From: Kineococcus radiotolerans SRS30216 = ATCC BAA-149
Lineage (GTDB): Bacteria; Actinomycetota; Actinomycetes; Actinomycetales; Kineococcaceae
Reading direction: 5' to 3'
DNA: 32,000 bases
Assembly (NCBI RefSeq): GCF_000017305.1
Contig: NC_009664.2
Span: forward strand, 2,610,001 to 2,642,000
Positions within the stretch are counted from its first letter, which is position 1. Each line of letters opens with the position of its first letter. The position numbers and the translations under genes were made by a program. The notes under the pieces were generated by a model. That model saw nothing but the letters and a program-made list of their open reading frames with translations, was not told the DNA's origin and ran no database searches. Below are positions 1 to 8,408 of this stretch, in pieces.

Positions 1-1661
1 TCCGCCGTCTGCGCCAGGGCCACCGCGAGCAGCCGCGCGGCGCGGTCGGCGTCGGGTCCGGGCACGTGCAGCAGCAGCTCGTCGTGCAGGCACAGCACGA
101 TCCGGCCCGCGCTGCCGGCCAGCCCGGCCCGCACCGCCGCCGCCCACGCCTTGAACAGCTCCGCCGCCGCGCCCTGCACCACCGCGTTGCGCGCGAACCG
201 GCCGCGCGCCGCGGTGGCCGCGCCCGGCTCGGCGGGGGCGAGGTCGGAGATCCGGACCAGGCGCCCGCCGTAGGTGCGGACGTCGCGGCCCTCCAGCCCG
301 GCCAGCTCCGCCGCCCGCAGGTAGCCCAGCGCCGTCGGGTAGGCCCGCTCCATGCGCCGCAGCGCCTCCCCGGCCGCCCCCGAGGTCTGCCCGTACATCG
401 CGGCGAGCACCGCGACCTTCGCGGTGGGGCGGTCCACCCCCAGCGCCGCGGCGACGGGGGCGTAGAGGTCGTCGTCGCGGGTGGCGGCGACCAGGCCGGC
501 GTCGCCGGAGACGGCGGCGAGGACCCGCGGCTCGACCTGGCCGAGGTCGGCGCGGACCAGCACGTGCCCGGGTTCGGCCGCCACCGCCGGGCGCAGCTCC
601 GAGGGCAGGTTGTGCAGCCCGGCCTGGGCCGTCATCCGCCCCGCCGCGGCGTCCGCGCCCGACCACTCCCCGCGCAGGCGGCCGTCGGCGCCCACGTGCT
701 CGTCGAGCCAGCGGTACCCGTACGTCGTCGCCAGGCGCTCCGCCTTGCGCCACGCCAGCAGCGCCGCCACCCCCGGGTGGGCCTCGCGCAGCCGCTCCAG
801 CCGCCAGGCGCGAGTGTCGGGCACGTCGAAGCCCAGGCCGCGCAGCGCGGCGAGGACCTGCGCGGGGTTGCGCAGGTCGACCCGGCCCAGGTGCTCGTGC
901 ACCGGCGCGTCCCGCACCGCGCGCGAGCGGGCCTCCTCGCCCGCGTCGCCCGGGCGCGGGCCCACGGCGTCGGCGACGATCCGCTCGGCGACGGCGCGGT
1001 CCACCGGCAGCCCGGTGCGGGAGAGCTCCACCGCCAGCAGGGCGGCGGCGGACTCCGCGAACCCCGTCTGGACGGCCAGGGCCGGACCCGCCGGGCGGGG
1101 GCGCGGCTCGGGCAGCCCCGCGAGGACCGCCGCCTGCGCCCGCCCCGCGGCGAGCGCGAGCTCCGCCCAGCGCGCGGCCCGCTCCAGCCGCAGCGGCAGG
1201 TCCACGTCGAAGGCGCTGCCCTCCGCCCAGGCCGGCGACACCCGCCCGTCCTCCAGCACCGGCTCGTCGGCCGCGCCGGCGCCGTCGAGGTCGAGCAGGC
1301 CGGTGCCGTGCGCGGGCGCGGGCCGGCGCGAGGGCGGCGGGGGGAGGGGCCGCCCGTGCGCGGCGGCCCACACGGCCCCGGCGTCCTCGCGCGTCCCGCC
1401 GAAGGCGAGGCGGTGCACGGCGGCGAGGTCGTGGCAGCGGGCCAGGTGGACCCCGGCCAGGGGCCCCGTCGCGGCCGCCGCCGACCACCAGGTCCACCGC
1501 GGGGCGAACTCCGCCTCCAGCGCGGCCACCACGGGGGCCGGGTCGCCGGTGGGCACCGCCCAGCGCCGCCCGCCCGCGGCCAGCCCCAGCCCGCCGGGCA
1601 CGGTGACGAGCCCCAGCACGGGCACCGCGCCCAGTCCGCGCACCTGCGCCACCACGTCCAC
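1..1661 (-). CDS. Family A (PolA-like) DNA polymerase paralogue; its C-terminal end runs off the left edge of the window
   Basis: The minus-strand frame is open from position 1 up to GTG at 1661..1659 (alternative GTG at 1703). It is absent from the ORF track because it has no stop inside the window. My translation gives [14 protein letters not shown] (motif A), [18 protein letters not shown] (motif B), [17 protein letters not shown] and [11 protein letters not shown] (motif C). The listed ORFs 66..1811(+), 481..1674(+) and 632..2644(-) are Arg/Pro-rich shadows of this gene. Confidence 0.8.
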   Translation of the reverse strand, partial: MDVVAQVRGLGAVPVLGLVTVPGGLGLAAGGRRWAVPTGDPAPVVAALEAEFAPRWTWWSAAAATGPLAGVHLARCHDLAAVHRLAFGGTREDAGAVWAAAHGRPLPPPPSRRPAPAHGTGLLDLDGAGAADEPVLEDGRVSPAWAEGSAFDVDLPLRLERAARWAELALAAGRAQAAVLAGLPEPRPRPAGPALAVQTGFAESAAALLAVELSRTGLPVDRAVAERIVADAVGPRPGDAGEEARSRAVRDAPVHEHLGRVDLRNPAQVLAALRGLGFDVPDTRAWRLERLREAHPGVAALLAWRKAERLATTYGYRWLDEHVGADGRLRGEWSGADAAAGRMTAQAGLHNLPSELRPAVAAEPGHVLVRADLGQVEPRVLAAVSGDAGLVAATRDDDLYAPVAAALGVDRPTAKVAVLAAMYGQTSGAAGEALRRMERAYPTALGYLRAAELAGLEGRDVRTYGGRLVRISDLAPAEPGAATAARGRFARNAVVQGAAAELFKAWAAAVRAGLAGSAGRIVLCLHDELLLHVPGPDADRAARLLAVALAQTA

Positions 1662-1807
1662 CCGGCCAGTCTGACGGCCCGCCCCGACAGCGCCGGACGG
1701 CACCGCCGAACGGGGGGTCCCGGGTACCGGAAGCTCAGCCCGGGCCCGGCGGTGACGAGGAACAGGGAGCCGCGCCGTTCCGCGCGGCACCCTCCGGAAG
1801 GACCCCG

Positions 1808-3415
1808 ATGATCCCGCTGTTGCGCCGTGCCCGGGTGGGCACCCGGTTCGCCGCCGCCTTCGGGGTGGTCCTGGCCCTGCTCGTCCTCACCGGGGCGGCC
1901 GCCGTCGTCGGCAACCGCGCCCAGTCCCAGGCGCTGCGGACGGCCGGGGACTTCAAGACGCTCACCGCCTACGTGGCCGAGCAGCGCTACTACGACGCCG
2001 ACATCAGCGGGTGGCAGGCGGCCTACGCCTGGGACACCTACCGCTTCGGGGCCGCGGCCGCCGTCGCCCCGGACGCCGAGAACCGCGCCGGGTTCCTCAC
2101 CGCCCGCGACGCGCTGCTGAAGACCCTCGACACCGCCCCGACCCACCTCATGGACGCGGCCGAGCGCGAGGTCAACGACACGATCACCGCGCAGTGGGCG
2201 GCCTACTTCGACTCCGACGACCGCGCCGTCGCCGCCTACCGGGCCGGTGACACCGCCACGGCCGAGAAGACCATCCAGGACGAGAGCTGGGTCGTCTACG
2301 CGGACATCCTCGCCGAGACCGCCACCCTCACCGCGTCCGTCGAGGCCCGGGCGTCCGCGGCCGACGCGGCCGCCGCCCGCAGCGCCGAGCGCAACCGCAC
2401 CCTCGTCCTCGCCGTCGTCGGCTCCGCCGTCGTCCTCGTCGTGCTGCTGCTGGTCGGCCTGACCCGCAGCGTCCTCGTGCCGCTGCGCCGCAGCGTCGCC
2501 GACCTGCGCCGCATCGCCGACGGCGACCTCACCGTCGAACCCGTCGTCGACGGGCACGACGAGTTCCGGGAGGTGTCGCTGGCCCTGGCCGCCGCCGTCG
2601 GCGCCACCCGCCGCACCGTCGCCGAGGTGTCCGCCGAGGCGCACGCGGTGGCCGGCATGGCCGAGGACCTCGCCGAGCAGGCGGCGACGCTGTCGGCGGG
2701 CAACGCCCGCACCGGCGCCGAGACCGTCCGCGCCTCGGGCGCCGCCGACACCGTCTCCGCCGACGTGGCGACCCTCGCCGCCGGCGCGGACGAGCTGGGC
2801 GCCTCGATCTCGGAGATCTCCCAGGGCATGGTCCAGTCCGCGGCCGTCGCCCGCGAGGCCGTCGAGGTCGCCGAGGCCACCGGCCGCGCCGTCGCCGCCC
2901 TGGGCGAGGCGTCGCAGTCGATCGCGACCGTCGTGGGGACGATCACCGCGATCGCGGGGCAGACGAACCTGCTGGCGCTGAACGCGACCATCGAGGCGGC
3001 GCGCGCCGGCGAGATGGGCAAGGGCTTCGCCGTCGTCGCCGACGAGGTGAAGGAGCTGGCCCAGGAGACGAGCGCGGCGACGGAGGACATCACCGGCAAG
3101 GTGGCCGCCATCCAGCGGGGCAGCGTCGAGGCCGCCGACGCCATCGCCCGCATCGCGGAGGTCATCGCCCGCATCGACGACTTCCAGGCGTCGATCTCGG
3201 CCGCCGTCGAGGAGCAGACCGCGGTGACCGGCGAGCTCGCCCGCACCGTGTCCGGTGCGGCCGCGGGGGCCGGGGACATCGCGGCCGTGCTCGCGGGGGT
3301 CTCGGAGTCCGGGGCCGGGGACCGGGCCAGCCTGGAGCGGGTCACGGCGTCGGTGGACGCGCTGCGGGACACCTCGGTGCGCCTGCGGGACGCGGTGGGC
3401 GCCTTCCGGGTCTGA
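1808..3415 (+). CDS. Membrane-bound methyl-accepting chemotaxis protein (TM, helical sensor domain, TM, HAMP, long MCP signalling hairpin)
   Basis: ORF track 535 aa. The ATG is preceded by GGAAGGA (1796-1802). There are two hydrophobic segments ([21 protein letters not shown] and [20 protein letters not shown]). A HAMP-like segment follows ([19 protein letters not shown]). The highly conserved MCP tip is present: [35 protein letters not shown]. Confidence 0.92.
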   Translation: MIPLLRRARVGTRFAAAFGVVLALLVLTGAAAVVGNRAQSQALRTAGDFKTLTAYVAEQRYYDADISGWQAAYAWDTYRFGAAAAVAPDAENRAGFLTARDALLKTLDTAPTHLMDAAEREVNDTITAQWAAYFDSDDRAVAAYRAGDTATAEKTIQDESWVVYADILAETATLTASVEARASAADAAAARSAERNRTLVLAVVGSAVVLVVLLLVGLTRSVLVPLRRSVADLRRIADGDLTVEPVVDGHDEFREVSLALAAAVGATRRTVAEVSAEAHAVAGMAEDLAEQAATLSAGNARTGAETVRASGAADTVSADVATLAAGADELGASISEISQGMVQSAAVAREAVEVAEATGRAVAALGEASQSIATVVGTITAIAGQTNLLALNATIEAARAGEMGKGFAVVADEVKELAQETSAATEDITGKVAAIQRGSVEAADAIARIAEVIARIDDFQASISAAVEEQTAVTGELARTVSGAAAGAGDIAAVLAGVSESGAGDRASLERVTASVDALRDTSVRLRDAVGAFRV

Positions 3416-3437
3416 GACCCGGCCCCGGCCGCAGGCC

Positions 3438-3860
3438 TCAGCCCTTCGGCGCGGACAGCTCCAGGGCGATCCCGTCGGGGTCGCGGAACTCCAGCAGGAG
3501 CATCGACCCGATGTCCTTGACCTCCCCGTGCGGGGCCCCGAGGGAGTCCAGGACCTCCACGGCGGCGTCGAGGTCGGCGCGGCCGGGGACGGCGAAGCAG
3601 AGGTGGTCCAGGCCCACGCGGTCCTCGGAGAACCCGTCGTCGCCGGCGGCGACCGGGCGCAGCCCGAGCAGCCCGCCCGGGGTGGAGTAGATGACGCCGT
3701 CGAAGACGAACCAGAGCCGTTCGCGGGTGGCGGCGTCGGCGTCGGCGGGGACCTGCACCGCCACGTCCCAGCCGAAGAGGGTGTCGTAGAAGCGCCGGGA
3801 GACGGCGAGGTCGCGGACGGTGAGCCGCAGGTGGCTGAAGCCGGTCGTGGTGATGGTCAC
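3438..3860 (-). CDS. VOC / glyoxalase-bleomycin-resistance-dioxygenase family protein
   Basis: The C-terminal 140 aa of ORF 3438..3998 read [31 protein letters not shown]...GLDHLCFAV...[13 protein letters not shown], typical of the VOC fold. I moved the start to GTG 3860, which is preceded by GGGAGGG 7 nt upstream. The longer N-terminus is Pro/Gly/Arg junk that overlaps the divergent promoter. Confidence 0.8.
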   Translation of the reverse strand: MTITTTGFSHLRLTVRDLAVSRRFYDTLFGWDVAVQVPADADAATRERLWFVFDGVIYSTPGGLLGLRPVAAGDDGFSEDRVGLDHLCFAVPGRADLDAAVEVLDSLGAPHGEVKDIGSMLLLEFRDPDGIALELSAPKG

Positions 3861-3957
3861 CGGCGCACCCTCCCACCGGAGCGGCCCCCCGGCTCGCGGG
3901 CGCCGCGGAGCCGACCTAGCGTGCGGGAGCCAGCCACCACCACCAGGAGGACCCCGC

Positions 3958-4821
3958 ATGCCCGTGTCCAGCAGCGGAACCATCGACCTCGGCGGCAAGA
4001 CCGTCCACCGCCTCGGCTACGGCGCGATGCGCATCACCGGCCCCGGCGTGTGGGGCCCGCCGAAGGACCACGACGAGGCCGTGCGCGTCCTGCGCCGCGC
4101 CGTCGAGCTCGGCGTCACCTTCATCGACACGGCCGACTCCTACGGCCCGTTCGTCTCCGAGGACCTCATCCGCGAGGCCCTGCACGACGGGTCCGGCTAC
4201 GGCGACGTGGTCATCGCCACCAAGGGCGGGCTCACGCGCTCCGGCCCGGACGTGTGGCCGCCGCTGGGCCGCCCGGAGTACCTGCGCCAGTGCCTGCTCA
4301 TGTCGCTGCGCCGCCTCGGCGTCGAGCGGATCGACCTGTGGCAGCTGCACCGCATCGACGCCGAGGTTCCCAGGGAGGAGCAGTTCGGCGAGATGAAGGC
4401 GTTCGTCGACGAGGGGCTGGTCCACCAGGTCGGGCTCTCCGAGGTCGGCGTCGAGGAGGTGGAGGCCGCGCAGGCCGCGGGGCTGAGCGTCGCCTCGGTG
4501 CAGAACCGGTACAACCTCGGCGACCGCCGGGCCGAGGACCTGCTGGAGTTCTGCGAGCAGCGGGGCATCGCCTTCATCCCCTGGGCTCCCGTCGACGCCG
4601 GGACCCTCGCCCGCCCCGGCGGCCCCCTCGACGCGGTCGCGAAGCAGCACGAGGGCACCTCCACCTCCCAGCTCGCGCTGGCCTGGCTGCTGCGGCGCTC
4701 CCCGGTGATCGTCCCCATCCCCGGGACCTCGACCGTCGCCCACCTCGAGGAGAACCTCGCCGCGGCCGACGTGGAGCTGACCGACGACGAGTTCGCGACC
4801 CTCTCCGACGCGGGGCGCTGA
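3958..4821 (+). CDS. Aldo/keto reductase family oxidoreductase
   Basis: ATG 3958 is preceded by AGGAGG (3945-3950) and is in frame with ORF 3820..4821. AKR signatures are present: [19 protein letters not shown] (Asp/Tyr), ATKGG (Lys) and WQLHRID (His). Confidence 0.9.
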   Translation: MPVSSSGTIDLGGKTVHRLGYGAMRITGPGVWGPPKDHDEAVRVLRRAVELGVTFIDTADSYGPFVSEDLIREALHDGSGYGDVVIATKGGLTRSGPDVWPPLGRPEYLRQCLLMSLRRLGVERIDLWQLHRIDAEVPREEQFGEMKAFVDEGLVHQVGLSEVGVEEVEAAQAAGLSVASVQNRYNLGDRRAEDLLEFCEQRGIAFIPWAPVDAGTLARPGGPLDAVAKQHEGTSTSQLALAWLLRRSPVIVPIPGTSTVAHLEENLAAADVELTDDEFATLSDAGR

Positions 4822-4826
4822 CCCCG

Positions 4827-4852
4827 GCCGCGGGCGGTCACCCCGCCGCGGC
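4827..4852. terminator. Candidate bidirectional GC hairpin between the convergent AKR and LLM genes
   Basis: GCCGC-g-GGCGG / tcacc loop / CCGCC-GCGGC forms a 10-bp G/C stem with one bulged G. It lies in the 68-nt gap between stop codons 4821 (+) and 4890 (-). There is no U-tract. Confidence 0.4.
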
Positions 4853-4889
4853 GCCGGTCACGACCGCGACGCGGCGGGGGACCCGGTGC

Positions 4890-6041
4890 TCACGCGGGGA
4901 CCCCCGCGGTGCCGGCCCGGGCGGGGACGGGGACGGCCACGGGGATGGTCTCGGCGGGCGGGGTGATCGGCGGAGCGGCCGGCGCGGCGGTGGGTACGGC
5001 GGGGCGGACGGCGGCGACCTGCGGCGCCAGGCCCGGGGCCACGTGGTCGGCGTAGGCGCGCATCGTCGTCTCCTTGGCGTCGTGCTGCAGGTACAGCGCG
5101 AACTGGTCGACGCCGAGGTCCTGCAGGGCGCGCATCCGCTCCCGGTGCTGCTCGGCGGTGCCGATGACGCAGAACCGGTCGACGATCTCGTCGGGCACGA
5201 AGTCGGCGTGGGTGTTCCCCGCGCGGCCGTGCTCGTTGTAGTCGTAACCCCGGCGCCCGGCGATGTACCCGGTCAGCGCGGCGGGCACCTCACCGGTCGC
5301 GCCGTAGCGCTCGACGATGTCGGCGACGTGGTTGCCGACCATGCCGCCGAACCACCGGCACTGGTCGCGGGCGTGCTCCAGGGCGGCCTGCGAGCCGTCG
5401 GTGACGTAGGCGGGGGCGGCGACGCAGATCTTCACCGAGCCCGGGTCCCGCCCGGCGCGCTCGGCGGCCTCGCGGACGAACCGGATGGTCCACGCGGCGA
5501 TGTCGGGGTCGGCCAGCTGCAGGATGAACCCGTCGGCGACCTCACCGGTCAGCTGCAGCGCCTTGGGCCCGTAGGCGGCCACCCACACCTGGGTCCGGTC
5601 CTGCTCGTGGGTCGCCCGGGCCCAGGGGAAGCGGATGGTCTGCCCGCGGTGCTCGACCGAGCGGCCGTTGGCCAGTTCGCGGATGACGTGGACCGCCTCG
5701 CGCAGCGTCGCCAGCGTGCTGGGCCGCCCGGCGAGGGTGCGGACGGCGGAGTCGCCGCGGCCGATGCCGCAGATGGTGCGCGGCCCGTACATCTCGTTGA
5801 GCGTGGCGTAGCTGGAGGCGGTGACCGTCCAGTCCCGCGTCAGCGGGTTGGTCACCATCGGCCCCACGACGATGTTGCGGGTGGCGGCCAGCATCGCCGA
5901 GTAGACGACGTAGGGCTCCTCCCACAGCAGGTGCGAGTCGAAGGTCCACGCGTGCGTGAAACCGTGCAGCTCGGCTTGCCGGGCGAGTTCCACCACCCTC
6001 GACGCGGGTGCGGTGTTCTGCAGGACGACCCCGAAGTCCAC
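4890..6041 (-). CDS. Luciferase-like monooxygenase (LLM) family oxidoreductase, Mer-like and probably F420-dependent, with a Pro/Ala-rich C-terminal tail
   Basis: ORF track 383 aa. GTG 6041 is preceded by GAGAGGGGA. It begins MDFGVVLQN...FTHAWTFDSH...VGPMVTNPLTRDW...CGIGRGDSAVRT. This resembles the methylene-H4MPT reductase (Mer) branch of the LLM family as I remember it (GPGVTNP and GIGPGD). The last ~50 aa are low-complexity (PQVAAVRPAVPTAAPAAPPITPPAETIPVAVPVPARAGTAGVPA). Confidence 0.85.
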   Translation of the reverse strand: MDFGVVLQNTAPASRVVELARQAELHGFTHAWTFDSHLLWEEPYVVYSAMLAATRNIVVGPMVTNPLTRDWTVTASSYATLNEMYGPRTICGIGRGDSAVRTLAGRPSTLATLREAVHVIRELANGRSVEHRGQTIRFPWARATHEQDRTQVWVAAYGPKALQLTGEVADGFILQLADPDIAAWTIRFVREAAERAGRDPGSVKICVAAPAYVTDGSQAALEHARDQCRWFGGMVGNHVADIVERYGATGEVPAALTGYIAGRRGYDYNEHGRAGNTHADFVPDEIVDRFCVIGTAEQHRERMRALQDLGVDQFALYLQHDAKETTMRAYADHVAPGLAPQVAAVRPAVPTAAPAAPPITPPAETIPVAVPVPARAGTAGVPA

Positions 6042-6122
6042 GGCGGTCCCCTCTCGTTCTCGGTGGTTCGTGCAGGCGGTCCGCGCGGACGGTGCGGGTG
6101 CGCGCGGGTGGTCCGGTGGTGC

Positions 6123-7541
6123 TCAGCGCAGGTACTGCGACAGCCCGCGCCGGACGTAGCGGCCGTGGCCCTCCCGCCCCGACCACGTGCCGCGGTCGAC
6201 GACGGTCCGGCCCCGGGACAGGACGGTGCGCACCCGTCCCTGCAGGGTCACGCCCTCGAACGCGGAGTGGTCCAGGTTCATGTGGTGGGTCTGCGCGCTG
6301 ATCGTCGTCGTGGCGGCCGGGTCGTAGATCACGATGTCGGCGTCCGAACCGGGGGCGACGGTGCCCTTGCGCGGGTACATCCCGAACATCCGGGCCGGGG
6401 TGGTCGAGCACGTCTCCACCCAGCGCTGCAGGGACAGGTTCCCGTCGACGACGCCCTGGTGGACGAGGTCCATCCGGTGCTCGACGAGCCCGAGGCCGTT
6501 GGGGATCCTCGAGAAGTCCCCGCGGCCGAGCTGCTTCTGGTCGTTGAAGCAGAAGGGGCAGTGGTCGGTGGAGACGACGGCGAGGTCGTCGGTGCGCAGC
6601 CCCTTCCACAGGTCCCTGGCGTGGGGTTCGTGCTTGGAGCGCAGCGGGGTGGAGCAGGCGTACTTCGCCCCCTCGAAGCTGCCCGGTCCGCCCGCGCCGA
6701 GGTGGTCCTCCAGGGTGAGGTACAGGTACTGCGGGCAGGTCTCGGCGAACACGTTGCGGCCCTCGCTGCGCGCCGACGCGATCCGGTCCAGCGCCGGGGA
6801 GGACGACACGTGCACGACGTACAGCGGGGTGTCGCCGGCGACCTCGGCCAGGGCGATGGCCCGGTTGACGGCCTCGCCCTCCAGGGCGGCGGGCCGGGTG
6901 AGCCCGTGGAAGACGGGGTCGGTGTTCCCGGCGGCCAGGGCCTGCTGGACGAGGACGTCGATGGCGGTGCCGTTCTCGGCGTGCATCATGATCGTCGCGC
7001 CGTTGTCGGTGGCGCGCTGCATGGCCCGCAGGATCTGCCCGTCGTCGGAGTGGAACACCCCGGGGTAGGCCATGAACAGCTTGAAGCTGCTGATGCCCTC
7101 GTGGGCGACGAGGGAGTCCATCGCCTTGAGCGAGTCCTCGTCGACGCCCCCGAGGATCACGTGGAACCCGTAGTCGATCGCGCAGTTCCCCTCGGCCTTG
7201 GCGTGCCAGGCCGCCAGCGACTCCTCGACGACCTCCCCGGTGCGCTGCACCGCGAAGTCGACGATGGTCGTCGTCCCGCCGAAGGCCGCGGCGCGGGTGC
7301 CGGTCGCGAAGGTGTCCGAGGCCTCGGTGCCCCCGAAGGGCATCTGCATGTGGGTGTGGACGTCCACCCCGCCGGGCAGGACGTAGCAGCCGGTGGCGTC
7401 GATGCGGGTGTCGACGCTGAACTCCTCGCCCGTCCCGGGGGCGAGCAGGGCGGTGACGGTCTCGCCCTCGATGAGGACGTCGGTGGGGGTGGCGCCGGTG
7501 GTGGAGACGAGGGTCCCGCCGCTGACGAGGGTGCGCGTCAT
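6123..7541 (-). CDS. hydA: Dihydropyrimidinase / D-hydantoinase (cyclic amidohydrolase)
   Basis: In frame with ORF 6123..7829. True start is ATG 7541 (MTRTLVSGGTLVST...), overlapping the upstream stop as TGATG. The metal-ligand set is complete: GGVDVHTHMQ (HxH), SFKLFMAY (carbamylated Lys), MMHAENG, VVHVSS and VSTDHCPF. Confidence 0.92.
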   Translation of the reverse strand: MTRTLVSGGTLVSTTGATPTDVLIEGETVTALLAPGTGEEFSVDTRIDATGCYVLPGGVDVHTHMQMPFGGTEASDTFATGTRAAAFGGTTTIVDFAVQRTGEVVEESLAAWHAKAEGNCAIDYGFHVILGGVDEDSLKAMDSLVAHEGISSFKLFMAYPGVFHSDDGQILRAMQRATDNGATIMMHAENGTAIDVLVQQALAAGNTDPVFHGLTRPAALEGEAVNRAIALAEVAGDTPLYVVHVSSSPALDRIASARSEGRNVFAETCPQYLYLTLEDHLGAGGPGSFEGAKYACSTPLRSKHEPHARDLWKGLRTDDLAVVSTDHCPFCFNDQKQLGRGDFSRIPNGLGLVEHRMDLVHQGVVDGNLSLQRWVETCSTTPARMFGMYPRKGTVAPGSDADIVIYDPAATTTISAQTHHMNLDHSAFEGVTLQGRVRTVLSRGRTVVDRGTWSGREGHGRYVRRGLSQYLR

Positions 7542-8389
7542 CAGGGGGCCACCAGGGTCCCGTAGGCGTCCGGGCGGCGGTCGCGGTAGAACTGCCACTC
7601 GTCGCGGGCGGTGCGGACGAGGTCCATGTCCAGGTCGCGCACCAGGAGCTCCTCCGCGGTGCCGCTGCCCCGCTCGCCGACGTAGTTCCCGCGCGGGTCG
7701 ACGACGAAGCTGGTGCCGTAGAAGTCGACGGCGAGGTCGCCGTACTCGTTGTCCTCGCGGCCCACCCGGTTGGGGACGCACACGTAGTACCCGTTGGCGG
7801 CGGCGGCGGTGGGCTGCTCCAGCTCCCACAGCCGGTTGGACAGGCCCGGCTTGGAGGCGTTGGGGTTGAAGACGATCTCGGCCCCGGCCAGGCCGAGCGC
7901 GCGCCAGCCCTCGGGGAAGTGGCGGTCGTAGCAGATCGTCACGCCGATGGTGCCGACGGCGGTCTCGAAGACGGGCCAGCCGAGGTTGCCGGGGCGGAAG
8001 TAGAACTTCTCCCAGAACCGGTCGACGTGGGGGATGTGGTTCTTGCGGTAGGTGCCGCGCACGGACCCGTCGGCGTCGACGACGACGGCGGAGTTGTAGT
8101 AGACGCCGGCCTGCTGCTCCTCGTAGATGGGCAGGACGGTGACGACGCCGAGCTCCTCGGCCAGGGCGGCGAAGCGCTGCACGATCGGGCCGTCGGCGGC
8201 CTCGGCGTAGCGGTAGTACTTGCTGTCCTGGGTGATGCCGAAGTACGGCCCGTAGAAGAGCTCCTGGAAGCAGAGGACCTGCGCGCCCTGGGCGGCGGCC
8301 TCGCGGGCGAGGACCTCGTGCTTGTCGAGCATCTCGTCCTTGGTCCCGGGCCAGGTGACCTGGGTCAGTGCGGTGCGGACGGTGGTCAC
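7541..8389 (-). CDS. Nitrilase-superfamily C-N hydrolase, beta-ureidopropionase / N-carbamoyl-beta-alanine amidohydrolase-like
   Basis: ORF track 282 aa. GTG 8389 is preceded by AGGAGGA. The Glu-Lys-Cys triad context is present: CFQELF, YRKNHIP and VTICYDRHFPE. The stretch YRKNHIPHVDRFWEKFYFRPGNLGWPVFET...ICYDRHFPEGW...AEIVFNPNAS closely parallels animal-type beta-ureidopropionase as I recall it. Confidence 0.85.
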   Translation of the reverse strand: MTTVRTALTQVTWPGTKDEMLDKHEVLAREAAAQGAQVLCFQELFYGPYFGITQDSKYYRYAEAADGPIVQRFAALAEELGVVTVLPIYEEQQAGVYYNSAVVVDADGSVRGTYRKNHIPHVDRFWEKFYFRPGNLGWPVFETAVGTIGVTICYDRHFPEGWRALGLAGAEIVFNPNASKPGLSNRLWELEQPTAAAANGYYVCVPNRVGREDNEYGDLAVDFYGTSFVVDPRGNYVGERGSGTAEELLVRDLDMDLVRTARDEWQFYRDRRPDAYGTLVAP

Positions 8390-8408
8390 GGTTTCCTCCT
8401 GGGGGTGG

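Noticed and set aside
2955-3070. A DNA stretch of about 110 nt that recurs at about 14475-14590 with roughly 80% identity
   Set aside because: It encodes the universally conserved MCP hairpin tip ([17 protein letters not shown]...FAVVA.EVK.LA) in two paralogous receptor genes. This is paralogy, not a mobile or regulatory repeat.
3255-7565. A 1436-aa ORF on the plus strand, one of the longest in the track
   Set aside because: The translation is Arg/Gly/Pro/Asp-rich low complexity with no motif. It runs antisense or off-frame across five well-supported genes (VOC, AKR, LLM, dihydropyrimidinase). Long stop-free shadow frames are expected at this GC content.
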